Under the pieces are notes generated by a model that saw nothing but the letters and a program-made list of their open reading frames with translations, did not search any database and was not told the origin of the DNA. Made by a program: the position numbers and the translations under genes. 64,000 bases of DNA from Pyrinomonadaceae bacterium (GTDB taxonomy: Bacteria > Acidobacteriota > Blastocatellia > Pyrinomonadales > Pyrinomonadaceae). The stretch covers positions 6 through 64,005 of the forward strand of contig DATDMC010000096.1 in assembly GCA_036518995.1 (NCBI GenBank), in the 5' to 3' direction. This document shows positions 24,745-33,943 of the stretch, one piece after another (positions within the stretch are counted from its first letter, which is position 1; every line of letters begins with the position of its first letter).

Positions 24745-27700
24745 TTAATCACCCGTTGGACGCTTGCCCCAGGTTGGTGGCGCTGGTTCCTTCGGCAGGC
24801 GATCGACTGGATGTTCCTTCAACATTCGTAACGCTTCCTGCACGGCGCGTTCGAGTTGCGGATCGCGTCCAGCAATCACTTCCTTGGGCCAGTTTTCAAC
24901 ATCGACATCCGGCGCAACACCTTCATTCTCAACGGCCCAATGTCCGTCGCGTGAAAAGAAACCACCACGCGGTGCGATCATTGATCCACCGTCGATGAAA
25001 GTTGGCGTGTCGGCCGTATGGACCAGGCCGCCCCACGTTCGCTTACCGACAAGCGTACCAATCTTTCGTCGCTTGAACATGTAAGGCATCAAGTCGCCGC
25101 CTGACCCCGCCATCTCGTTAACGATCATTACTTTTGGTCCCCAGATTCCCGCTGAAGGACTGGTAAACGGATAACGATCGCCCGCGACGTTGTTAAAGTA
25201 ACCATCGAAGTCGCGCTGCAGGACGTCGATGATGTAGTCGGCGGCTGAACCCCCGCCATTGAAACGCTCGTCAACCACCACACCTTTCTTGTCTTGTTGC
25301 GAAAAGTAGTAGCGATTAAAGCTCGTGTAACCGGGCTGACCCGTGTTCGGCAGATAGACGTAAGCAAGTTGGCCGTCTGAAAGTTTTTCAACGAGGCGCC
25401 GATTTGATTCAACCCACGCACGCGTGCGGAGTCCTTGTTCATTCGCGACCGGGACCACGGTGACGGTCCTTGCGCCAGTCATTGAAGGCGAAGTGTTAAC
25501 AGTAAGAGCTGTTTGTCTGTTAGCAGTGCCGTCGAGTAGACGATAAATATTGTCTGGCGCTCTTAATTCAATTCCGTTGATCGCCAGAATATATTCACCG
25601 ACATTAACAGTTGCTCCAGGCGTTGCGAGTGGCGAACGAAGATCGGGATTCCAATTCTCATTGTCGTAAATCCGAGTGACTTTGTAACGACCGTTCTCGA
25701 TGGCGAAGTCAGCGCCAAGTAGTCCGCCTATCGATTGCGGAACGTTTGGCATGTCGCCGCCGCGCACATACGAGTGACCGATCGCGATCTCGGCGCCCAT
25801 CATGTCGAGCAGGTAATTAAGATCGGCCCGGTGCATGACATACGGCAGCAACTGGCCATACATCTCTTTCATCTTGGGCCAATTCGTGCCGTGTAGATTA
25901 GGCACATAGAGATAGTCGCGTTCATTGCGCCAGCCTTCATTGAAGATCTGCTTGAACTCTTCTTTCGGATCGAGATACATGCGGAGCGAATAGTTCAAAC
26001 GACCCTGACCAGCTTGTGGCGGCCGGTCCGCATCGACAAGAAACAGGCCGGGCGCAGGAGCATTGGCGCCACCACCCTGACCGCCGCCAAAGCCGCCACC
26101 ACCGGTGGCTGCGCGATAGATCAGTTTGCGATGGTCGGCGCTGATTTCATACGCCGCGACGTTGCTCGCGAAAGTGCCGGCACGTCGATCACAAAGTCGA
26201 TAACGCGCCAGTTCGTTTCCGCCACCACCGGCGCCAGCGCCACCGCCGCCACCACCACCGGCCCGTCCGGCTTCGAGGTAGTAAACCGTGCCATCGGTTC
26301 CAGCTTGCAGATCCGAATACTGCCGTTCGGGAACACCGGGAACCGCAACGATTCGTTGCGATAGTCCGTCGAAATCGATCTGGACTGAAACTGGACCACG
26401 TGGTCCACGTTGTCCAGTGGCATCGCCGCCTCCACCGCCGCCACCAGCTTCACCGCCTGGACCTTCACCGGCGCAAGTGCCGGGCGTTGGTCGTCGTGAG
26501 CCGGTACCGACACCACGATCTTCGTCGCTTTCAGGTAGCAACGGACTTGCGTCCGTCTTCTTCAAAACTGCGAAGTAGAGTCCGAAGTTTTCATCGTGGT
26601 CGTACGACGTCATGTCGAGCCACTGCGAACGCAGACCAAAATCAGTTGAAGCAAGGAACCACAAGTATTTGCCGCTTGCGTCCCACGCCGGCCAAACAGC
26701 ATCTGCGAGTCCATCGGTAACTTGTTTTGACTCGCCCGTCTCGACGTTGCTCACAAAGATCGCGTGATACAAAGAACGGAGCCGGCTCGCGTATGCGACA
26801 TACTTCGAATCAGGGCTCCAAACCGGATTGATCGTACGCGTTGGGACCATCCACGGATCTTCACCAACGATCTTTGCCTGACCACTGGCAACATCCATCA
26901 CCCAAACTTTCAGGTTCGTGTCGGTGTAAAGAATTTTCTTCGAATCGGGTGACCATGAAGGCGTGTAATAGTGAGTGGGTTTTGGAAGATCGAGCGCGCG
27001 CGGCGGAGTTAGTCCATCCTGTGCTTCGATCACAAGTTGATACTCGCCAGATTTATCGCTGAAGTAAGAAACAAACTTGCCGTCCGGTGACCAGGCCGGA
27101 TCGCGTTCCGCCGAACTACTCGAATTCGTCAGGTTGCGCACGTCACCTTTGTCGGCCGGAATCGTAAAAATTTCACCGCGTGATTCAACTGCAACGCGTT
27201 TGCCGGTCGGCGACAGCGCCATGTTCGACAAACGATTCGAAACGTCTTCCCAGTTCGCCATCATCCATGGAAAGTCGCCGCTGGCCGTGATGCTCACGAT
27301 GTTTTCTTTGCCGGTCTTGGGATTGAATTCGTGAACGTAACCGGCTTGTTCAAACACGATCGTTCCGGCGCCTGAATCCATCGCCTTCACATCAAAGTCG
27401 GTGAACTTGGTGATCTGCGTCAACTTTTTGCTGGTAGTTTCATACTGCCAAACGTTCGCCACGCCATCGCGATCCGAGATGAAGAAGACTGAAGTGTCGA
27501 CCCAGACCGGACACACATCTTTTGAGTCGGTCCACGGCGGCGAAACGAGATCAAAAGTTTTTAGATCAACGATCCAGATCGGACGATTTTGACCGCCGCG
27601 ATAGTTGCGACGTTCTTCGTCCCATGAATTGTTCATGCGATAAGCGATGTAGTTTCCATTGGGAGAAATTTTGCCCTGATAACCGCGTGGTAACGACATT

Positions 27701-28185
27701 GGTTCTTCCACACCGCCTTCCATCGCGACGGTCCAGAAGCGTGGCGCTCCACTCGGCGCCCACGTCGCGCGGGTCGATGAGAACATGATCGACTTCCCGT
27801 CGGGCGTCCAGCCTTCCACCATGTCCGCGCCGGGGTGCCAGGTCAGTCGTTTAGGTTCGCCACCTTCAGCCGCGACAACATAGACGTCGAAGTTGCCCGC
27901 GTATTCACCACTGAAAGCGATCCAGCGGCCGTCAGGCGAGAAGTGTGGATTGGCAGTTTGACCCTGGAAACTGGTGATGCGTTTCGCGCTTCCGCCCGCG
28001 CGCGGCGCGACCCAGATGTTGTTGGCGTAAGCGAAACCGATTTGGTTTGCACTGACGGTCGGCGTGCGCAGTAAACGTGTCCCACCACGAGAACCGTTTT
28101 GTGCGAAGGCGACGATTGGAATTGCTAAGAGAATAGCGGTGACGAAATTGAGTTTGCGGCAGATCGAGAGACTGCGGCTAGACAT
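24745..28185 (-). CDS. Tricorn-like protease (PD40/TolB-type beta-propellers + PDZ + S41 peptidase), secreted, 1146 aa
   Basis: Trimmed to the ATG at 28183-28185, preceded by ggagga. Signal LNFVTAILLAIPIVAFAQ. Repeated SPDG/WSPDxK propeller motifs, a PDZ-like segment (GEYILAINGIEL), and C-terminal S41 motifs (ERFNGGGSAADY, GTLVGKRTWGG). Confidence 0.85.
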   Translation of the reverse strand: MSSRSLSICRKLNFVTAILLAIPIVAFAQNGSRGGTRLLRTPTVSANQIGFAYANNIWVAPRAGGSAKRITSFQGQTANPHFSPDGRWIAFSGEYAGNFDVYVVAAEGGEPKRLTWHPGADMVEGWTPDGKSIMFSSTRATWAPSGAPRFWTVAMEGGVEEPMSLPRGYQGKISPNGNYIAYRMNNSWDEERRNYRGGQNRPIWIVDLKTFDLVSPPWTDSKDVCPVWVDTSVFFISDRDGVANVWQYETTSKKLTQITKFTDFDVKAMDSGAGTIVFEQAGYVHEFNPKTGKENIVSITASGDFPWMMANWEDVSNRLSNMALSPTGKRVAVESRGEIFTIPADKGDVRNLTNSSSSAERDPAWSPDGKFVSYFSDKSGEYQLVIEAQDGLTPPRALDLPKPTHYYTPSWSPDSKKILYTDTNLKVWVMDVASGQAKIVGEDPWMVPTRTINPVWSPDSKYVAYASRLRSLYHAIFVSNVETGESKQVTDGLADAVWPAWDASGKYLWFLASTDFGLRSQWLDMTSYDHDENFGLYFAVLKKTDASPLLPESDEDRGVGTGSRRPTPGTCAGEGPGGEAGGGGGGGDATGQRGPRGPVSVQIDFDGLSQRIVAVPGVPERQYSDLQAGTDGTVYYLEAGRAGGGGGGGAGAGGGGNELARYRLCDRRAGTFASNVAAYEISADHRKLIYRAATGGGGFGGGQGGGANAPAPGLFLVDADRPPQAGQGRLNYSLRMYLDPKEEFKQIFNEGWRNERDYLYVPNLHGTNWPKMKEMYGQLLPYVMHRADLNYLLDMMGAEIAIGHSYVRGGDMPNVPQSIGGLLGADFAIENGRYKVTRIYDNENWNPDLRSPLATPGATVNVGEYILAINGIELRAPDNIYRLLDGTANRQTALTVNTSPSMTGARTVTVVPVANEQGLRTRAWVESNRRLVEKLSDGQLAYVYLPNTGQPGYTSFNRYYFSQQDKKGVVVDERFNGGGSAADYIIDVLQRDFDGYFNNVAGDRYPFTSPSAGIWGPKVMIVNEMAGSGGDLMPYMFKRRKIGTLVGKRTWGGLVHTADTPTFIDGGSMIAPRGGFFSRDGHWAVENEGVAPDVDVENWPKEVIAGRDPQLERAVQEALRMLKEHPVDRLPKEPAPPTWGKRPTGD

Positions 28186-28295
28186 GGGGTTATCCTCCAA
28201 ACTGACACAGACAGGGAATCGATTGTGTGTTGATGTAAAAGAAGAACAGTTGCGAGTTTCTTTTAGCAGAAAGGGGAGTGGTTTGTCAGCAGGGA

Positions 28296-28556
28296 ACAGA
28301 AGGCAGAAGGCAGAAGGCGGAAGGCGGAAGGCAGCGTCTTTTCTGCGGACGCTCTTCTGTCGGAGCGCGTCCGTCCCGGACGCCCCCTGCATTTAGAGGC
28401 TTCTCGAATTACCGGCGATGCGGAGGTTGTTGAGAATTCTGATCCTCGGAACAATGTTCGTAGGTTGCGGGGGCGCCCGAGGACGGACGCGCTCCGACAG
28501 AAGAGCGTCCGCAGAATAGCCGCTGCTTCTGCCTTCTGCCTCCGCCTTCTGTCTTC
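28296..28556. repeat. Family E giant palindrome (about 95-bp arms including CRGAAGG heptads) in a divergent promoter region
   Basis: Left arm runs from acagaaggcagaaggcagaaggcggaaggcggaaggcagcg to gctcttctgtcggagcgcgtccgtcccggacgccccctgc. It is mirrored by gcgggggcgcccgaggacggacgcgctccgacagaagagc ... cgctgcttctgccttctgcctccgccttctgtcttc. Confidence 0.9.
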
Positions 28557-28636
28557 GCTTTTGGCCCGCTCCCGTTCTGGTTTACAATCCAGCTTCCACA
28601 AGTTCTCCCGTCCAATTAACAACATGGAGCATTTTG

Positions 28637-30670
28637 ATGAGTAACTCTCGAAAGACGTTCATAGCTGTCCTCTTATTGATGGCTTTGGCTGTGGCCACCA
28701 TCTTTGGCCAACAGAGTCAGGGCTTCGATCAGGCGAACCTCGACAAAAATACGGCCGCCTGCACCGACTTTTATCAGTATGCAAATGGTGGCTGGTTGGC
28801 CGCCAATCCTATTCCCGGCGCTTATTCAAGCTGGGGCGTTGCGAACCTTCTCGACGAAAAGAACCGCGACGTGACACATGACATTCTCGAAGCTGCCGCC
28901 AAGAACACCAACGCCGCAAAAGGCAGCAGCGAACAAAAAGTTGGCGACTACTACGCCTCCTGCATGGATGAAGCGAAGATTGAAGCGGAAGGCATGAAAC
29001 CAATCGCGCCCGCTTTTGAGATGATCTCGGAGATCAAGGACGTAGCTGGTTTGCAAAACATTATCGCCCACTTCCATTCAGTGGGCCTTCCTGTTCTTTT
29101 CAATTCTGGTTCAACGCAGGACTTCAAAAATAGTGCTGACGTTACTTTTGAAGTCTACCAGGGCGGTCTGGGTCTTCCCGATCGCGACTACTACATCAAA
29201 ACCGACGATCGCTCAAAAGGCATTCGCGATGCTTACGTCGCGCACATGGCGAAGATGTTTCAACTCTTAGGCGACGATGCAGATAAATCTGCCGCCGAAG
29301 CGCAAACCGTCATCTCGATTGAAACCAAACTCGCCGAAGCTTCGATGACGCGCGTTGAGATGCGCGAGCCGGAACACATTTATCATCGCATGACAGTGGC
29401 CCAAGTGAAGGAACTTGCTCCTGCTTACGATTGGACCGGCTACATGCAGAAGATCGGCGTCACGCAAAAGACAGATATCAACGTGGCCACGCCCGACTTC
29501 TTCAAAGGGCTCAATTCGATGTTGAGCAGTGTTCCACTTGACGACTGGAAAACATATTTACGCTGGCATTTGATCAACAACACTGCGGCTGCTTTGTCGT
29601 CGGCGTTTGTTGACGAAGATTTCAACTTCAAAGGCAAGACTCTGCAAGGTCAAAAAGAGAACCTGCCCCGTTGGAAACGCTGCGCTGCGGGTACCGATCG
29701 CGTGATGGGTGAAGCGGTTGGCGAAGTTTGGGTAAAGAAAGCTTTTCCGCCGGCAGCCAAAGCGCGCGCTCTCGACATGGTCCATAACCTTGAGGCCGCG
29801 TTGAAGAGTGATTTGTCGACCCTGTCATGGATGAGTCCTGAAACTCGTCAACAGGCAATCAAAAAGCTCGACGCATTTCTTAATAAGATCGGTTATCCCG
29901 ACAAGTGGCGCGATTATTCATCGATGAAAATCGATCGTGGTTCCTATGTTATGAATCGCGTCCAGGCAGGAGCGTTTGAGAAGCGACGCGACCTGGCAAA
30001 AATTGGTCAGCCGGTGGATCGGATGGAATGGGGCATGTCGCCGCCAACCGTCAACGCTTACTACAATCCACAGATCAACGAGATCGTTTTCCCGGCCGGT
30101 ATTCTTCAACCGCCTTTCTTCGATGCCAATGCCGATGACGCGTACAACTACGGCGGCATGGGTTCGGTAATTGGACACGAAATGACGCACGGTTTTGACG
30201 ATCAGGGTGCGCAGTTTGATTCAATCGGAAACCTGAAGGACTGGTGGACCGAAGCGGACCTGAAGAATTTCAAAGAACGCTCGCAATGCGTCATCGATCA
30301 GTTCAGTAGTTTTGAAATCGAAAAAGGACTGAACGAAAACGGCAAACTCGTAGTCGGTGAATCAATCGCCGATTTGGGTGGATTAGTTGTCGCCTATGCT
30401 GCTTACCAAAAAGCGATGGAAGGTAAACCGCGTAAGGTGATTGATGGATTCACGCCGGAACAGCGTTTCTTCCTCGGTTACGCACGTGGTTGGGCCACCA
30501 ACACGCGACCTGAACTCGCGCGCATGTTGGCGACCGTCGATCCGCATCCGTTACCGAAGTTTCGTGTAAATGGTCCACTGTCGAATATGCCTCAATTTGC
30601 GCAAGCGTTTTCGTGCAAAGCGGGCGACGCGATGGTGCGACCGGACAAAGATCGTTGTCAGATTTGGTAA
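28637..30670 (+). CDS. M13-family zinc metallopeptidase (PepO / endothelin-converting-enzyme-like), secreted
   Basis: ATG at 28637, 7 nt after ggagc. Signal FIAVLLLMALAVATIFGQQ. Motifs VIGHEMTHGFDD (HExxH), GESIADLGG, NAYY. Confidence 0.9.
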   Translation: MSNSRKTFIAVLLLMALAVATIFGQQSQGFDQANLDKNTAACTDFYQYANGGWLAANPIPGAYSSWGVANLLDEKNRDVTHDILEAAAKNTNAAKGSSEQKVGDYYASCMDEAKIEAEGMKPIAPAFEMISEIKDVAGLQNIIAHFHSVGLPVLFNSGSTQDFKNSADVTFEVYQGGLGLPDRDYYIKTDDRSKGIRDAYVAHMAKMFQLLGDDADKSAAEAQTVISIETKLAEASMTRVEMREPEHIYHRMTVAQVKELAPAYDWTGYMQKIGVTQKTDINVATPDFFKGLNSMLSSVPLDDWKTYLRWHLINNTAAALSSAFVDEDFNFKGKTLQGQKENLPRWKRCAAGTDRVMGEAVGEVWVKKAFPPAAKARALDMVHNLEAALKSDLSTLSWMSPETRQQAIKKLDAFLNKIGYPDKWRDYSSMKIDRGSYVMNRVQAGAFEKRRDLAKIGQPVDRMEWGMSPPTVNAYYNPQINEIVFPAGILQPPFFDANADDAYNYGGMGSVIGHEMTHGFDDQGAQFDSIGNLKDWWTEADLKNFKERSQCVIDQFSSFEIEKGLNENGKLVVGESIADLGGLVVAYAAYQKAMEGKPRKVIDGFTPEQRFFLGYARGWATNTRPELARMLATVDPHPLPKFRVNGPLSNMPQFAQAFSCKAGDAMVRPDKDRCQIW

Positions 30671-30680
30671 CAACAAAGAA

Positions 30681-30765
30681 CTTGGATCTTTGAGCTTAGT
30701 ACTTTGTTCCGAATTGCCAACGTGCTAACTGGAGTCAAAGAGCAAAGATCAAAGATCCAAGTACA
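30681..30765. repeat. Inverted short-period array (CAAAGAT-type units)
   Basis: cttggatctttgagcttagtactttgttc ... gagtcaaagagcaaagatcaaagatccaagtac. Starts 11 nt after the stop at 30668-30670. Confidence 0.75.
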
Positions 30766-30791
30766 AAAATTTTAATGAAGGAACGTATTCG

Positions 30792-31730
30792 ATGAAGCGT
30801 ATATCAATTTCCCTTCTTGCTATGTTGTTCGCCCTGGGTTGCGTCAGCGTGGCAACGGCCCAGATCGTGTTGCCGCGGGCCAGTCAAAACGCGAGTGTGA
30901 AACAGACCCTCGGCGTCACGGACATTACAATCAATTACAGCCGGCCGGGTGTTAAAGGTCGGAAGATCTGGGGTGATCCAACTGCCGAACAAGCAAAGAC
31001 GCCGGGCGAGAAAACCCTTGATGACGACAATCGTCCAAAGGATGCCGTCATCGTTCCGAACGGCCACGTTTGGCGTGCCGGCGCTAACGACGCAACGATG
31101 TTTGTCGTTACTGACGACGTGTTAGTCAACGGACAGAAGCTGGCCGCTGGTAGCTACAGTCTGCATGCCATTCCAAACAAAGACGAGTGGACCATCATTT
31201 TTAATGGCACCGCCAATCAGTGGGGAAGTTTTGATTACGATCCGGCGAAAGATACGCTTCGCATTAAAGCAAAGCCGGAGTGGGTCAACGACAACCAGGA
31301 GTGGCTCGAGTATTCATTTGAACCGGTAGCTGACAATTCAGCCCAGGTTAACCTGCGGTGGGAAAAACTGCGCGTGCCTTTTACCGTGACGGTCCCGGAT
31401 GTGAATGCTACGACTTTGGTCCACTTGCGTAATACTGTCAGCGGCGCGAAGGCTGATGACTGGCGCACGCCGATGCAGGCCGGCAACTGGGTGATCCAGA
31501 ACAGCGTCGCTACTGATGACGCTGAAGGAATGGCGTGGTTGGACCAGTCGATCAAGGTCAAAGAGACGTTCCAGAACCTCGTTGCTAAAACAAACGCGCT
31601 TTACAGAATGGGCAAGAAAGAGGAAGCGTTTGCTCTCGGTGAACAAGCTGTGCAACGTGGCAAGACGGACAAGGTAAACACGGCTCCTTTCGAAAAGCGT
31701 TTGGCGGATATGAAAGCCGGGAAGATCTAA
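30792..31730 (+). CDS. DUF2911-domain protein with C-terminal helical (TPR-like) extension, secreted
   Basis: 312 aa. ASVKQTLGVTDITINYSRPGVKGRKIWG, WRAGANDATMF and AGSYSLHAIPNKDEWTIIFN match the DUF2911 pattern as I recall it. Confidence 0.7.
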   Translation: MKRISISLLAMLFALGCVSVATAQIVLPRASQNASVKQTLGVTDITINYSRPGVKGRKIWGDPTAEQAKTPGEKTLDDDNRPKDAVIVPNGHVWRAGANDATMFVVTDDVLVNGQKLAAGSYSLHAIPNKDEWTIIFNGTANQWGSFDYDPAKDTLRIKAKPEWVNDNQEWLEYSFEPVADNSAQVNLRWEKLRVPFTVTVPDVNATTLVHLRNTVSGAKADDWRTPMQAGNWVIQNSVATDDAEGMAWLDQSIKVKETFQNLVAKTNALYRMGKKEEAFALGEQAVQRGKTDKVNTAPFEKRLADMKAGKI

Positions 31731-31735
31731 TTGTT

Positions 31736-31816
31736 GGGGCGACTCTCCGTGGTCGCCCGTCTCTGGTTAAGAGTGTCAGATTATAAGAGGGGCGGCCGCG
31801 GAGTGCCGCCCCTACA
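31736..31816. repeat. Family G palindromic element (variant)
   Basis: ggggcgactctccgtggtcgccc ... ggggcggccgcggagtgccgcccctaca. Confidence 0.75.
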
Positions 31817-31821
31817 AACTT

Positions 31822-32424
31822 ATGGGCGTCGCTAAATTAACTGATCAGAATACGGTTGTGCCGGAAAGTAAGTATGCCCGGGTTGAGCGCGAGCGACGTT
31901 ACCTGTTACAGAATTTGCCCGAAGGTTTAAGTCGCGCTGATGACCACGTGCAGATTACCGACAACTATCTAACCAGCACTCGTCTTCGCATTCGCAAAGT
32001 CCGTGAGCCACGCACGAACAAATGGGTGGTGAAGTTTACCCAGAAGTTTGCGCCGGAACCTGCTGATCTCTCGCGGACACTGATTACCAACACGTATTTG
32101 AACGCCACTGAAGCTGAAGTCTTGTCAGTTTTCGATTCAAACGAAATTAGAAAGAACCGTTATTACTTCGATTATGAAGGACGCCGTTTCAACGTCGACA
32201 TGTTTCTTGGTGATCTGTTTGGCCTGGTGTTGGCGGAAGTTAGTTTTGATTCGGACGAAGAGATGGACCAATACCCGAAGCCTCCGTTTGCGTTGGCAGA
32301 TGTTACAAACAATGAAGTGTTTAGCGGTGGTAAGTTGTGCGAGCTGACGTTTGCCGAAGTCCGTGCGGAGATCCAACGAAGCGGATTGTTAACGACCGTC
32401 GTGGTCAAAGCGGATGGGTCGTGA
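31822..32424 (+). CDS. CYTH-domain protein (triphosphate tunnel metalloenzyme family)
   Basis: 200 aa. N-terminal ExExK-like RVERERRYLL, then TRLRIRKV, RKNRYYF and LVLAEVSFDSDEE. Confidence 0.7.
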   Translation: MGVAKLTDQNTVVPESKYARVERERRYLLQNLPEGLSRADDHVQITDNYLTSTRLRIRKVREPRTNKWVVKFTQKFAPEPADLSRTLITNTYLNATEAEVLSVFDSNEIRKNRYYFDYEGRRFNVDMFLGDLFGLVLAEVSFDSDEEMDQYPKPPFALADVTNNEVFSGGKLCELTFAEVRAEIQRSGLLTTVVVKADGS

Positions 32425-32458
32425 CGTTGTGTTGGGCCGATGGATCGTGTAATCCCGA

Positions 32459-32487
32459 ACCCACCCGCTATCGCAGGTGGTACTGAC
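32459..32487. repeat. Family B solitary arm
   Basis: acccacccgctatcgcaggtggtactgac. This arm creates the spurious GTG extension of the next ORF. Confidence 0.75.
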
Positions 32488-32494
32488 ATACCCT

Positions 32495-33667
32495 ATGAAG
32501 ACTAAACTCCCATTATTACTAATCCTGCTCATCATTCTTTCCGGTTGTAAAAAGAACAACCAATCATCGTCAGCGCCAAACGCGCCATCCAGCTCTGCGC
32601 CGCCTCAATCACAACTCAATCACATCGAGGGCGGTGGTGGCGCCACCCCGACACTCGCCGAGATCAAATATTTCAAAGGCACAATCGGCGACTCGCTCGA
32701 TCTACAAATGAAGCTGCTGAAGACGGGCGACCAGATCACCGGCAGTTACTACTACCTAAAAGTTGGTACAAAGATCGATCTGAAAGGCAGCGTCGACAAA
32801 GACGGCAACGTCACCATTGATGAATACGACACGGCTGGAAAACAGACAGGTACGTTTAAGGGATTGTGGAAAACCGACGCCGAAGATGGACTGATCACCA
32901 TCGCCGGTAACTGGTCCAAACCCGCTGGAGAAAAAGCTGACGACAAAAAGACGGCTTTTTCTGTCCATGAAGAACCGATCATGCTCAGTTACGGCAGCGA
33001 CGTCGTAACAAAGCAGATCAAAGAAAGTAACAAAAAGCTCGTTTATGAAATTGCTGCTCAATACCCGGAAATTACCGGAGCCGGCAATACAAATTTCGAC
33101 AAGTTTAACCAACTCGTGCGTGCGTCAATCACGAAGAAGGTGGCGGGTTTCAAAAAGGAGATGGCGCCTGAGGAAGGCGAAGAGGATCGTCCTGAAAATT
33201 CGATGGGCAGCGACCTCACCATTGGTTACGATTTTGATTTAGCCCAGGACGATTTGATCAGTTTGACGTTTAGCGTGTCGAGCTACTACCAGGGCGCCGC
33301 GCATCCGAATTCCTATTCAGAAACGATCAACTATGATCTGAAAAACGGCAAACTGCTGAAGCTCGCCGATCTCTTCAAGCCTGGCGCGAAATATCTGCCG
33401 GCGATTTCCGCTTACTGTATCGATGATCTGAAGAAGCAGTCGAAAGAAAAAGATGGAATACTCGATGATGATTCGATCAAAAGCGGTGCTGCACCGACTG
33501 TGAAGAACTATCAGAGTTGGACCATCGGCAGGAAGGGGCTGGGAATCAATTTCGATCCTTATCAGGTTGGTCCATACGCCGCAGGCCCGCAGTATGTTGT
33601 TGTGCCGTATTCGACTCTTAAAGACTTGATTAATCCGGACGGTCCACTTGCTCAGTTTGCAAAGTAG
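32495..33667 (+). CDS. Lipoprotein with DUF4163/DUF3298 (RsiV-like) domains
   Basis: Trimmed to the ATG at 32495. Lipobox LLLILLIILSGC. SSYYQGAAHPNSYSETINYDLKNGK and INFDPYQVGPYAAGP are typical of DUF3298. Confidence 0.75.
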   Translation: MKTKLPLLLILLIILSGCKKNNQSSSAPNAPSSSAPPQSQLNHIEGGGGATPTLAEIKYFKGTIGDSLDLQMKLLKTGDQITGSYYYLKVGTKIDLKGSVDKDGNVTIDEYDTAGKQTGTFKGLWKTDAEDGLITIAGNWSKPAGEKADDKKTAFSVHEEPIMLSYGSDVVTKQIKESNKKLVYEIAAQYPEITGAGNTNFDKFNQLVRASITKKVAGFKKEMAPEEGEEDRPENSMGSDLTIGYDFDLAQDDLISLTFSVSSYYQGAAHPNSYSETINYDLKNGKLLKLADLFKPGAKYLPAISAYCIDDLKKQSKEKDGILDDDSIKSGAAPTVKNYQSWTIGRKGLGINFDPYQVGPYAAGPQYVVVPYSTLKDLINPDGPLAQFAK

Positions 33668-33680
33668 CGTCGGCTCGGTG

Positions 33681-33933
33681 AACGCTGAAAGCGTTTCGTC
33701 TCAAAGCCCAGGGTTGAGCTTTGGCAACCCTGGGTGAGAGGCAGGACACTCAACTCCGAAGGAGTTGCGCCGTGGGCCAAGAGAAAAGGACAGCGAACAG
33801 TAACAGAAGAATTCAAAATCTATGGGGTTCGTCCGGCCGCAACTCCTTCGGAGTTAAGCCATCTTATTCGTCCCGGTTACCACGGGTTGCCAAAGCTCAA
33901 CCCTGGGCTTTGGGATGAAACGCTTTCAGCGTT
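33681..33933. repeat. Family F nested palindrome (253 bp)
   Basis: Outer arms aacgctgaaagcgtttcgtctcaaagcccagggttgagctttggcaaccctgggtg / ccacgggttgccaaagctcaaccctgggctttgggatgaaacgctttcagcgtt. Inner pair caactccgaaggagttgcgc / gcaactccttcggagtt. Ends 11 nt before the CHAT gene ATG. Confidence 0.9.
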
Positions 33934-33943
33934 TTTTGAATCG

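Noticed and set aside
28186-28392. Upstream extensions of six-frame ORFs: tricorn to 28392, lipoprotein to 15101, CHAT to 33734, MFS to 54444, DUF3298 to 32477, giant protein to 7827, VWA1 to 22264, membrane protein to 18143.
   Set aside because: The extensions run through repeat elements or lack signal-peptide logic. Internal ATGs with a GGAGG-like RBS followed by signal peptides or lipoboxes give sensible N-termini.
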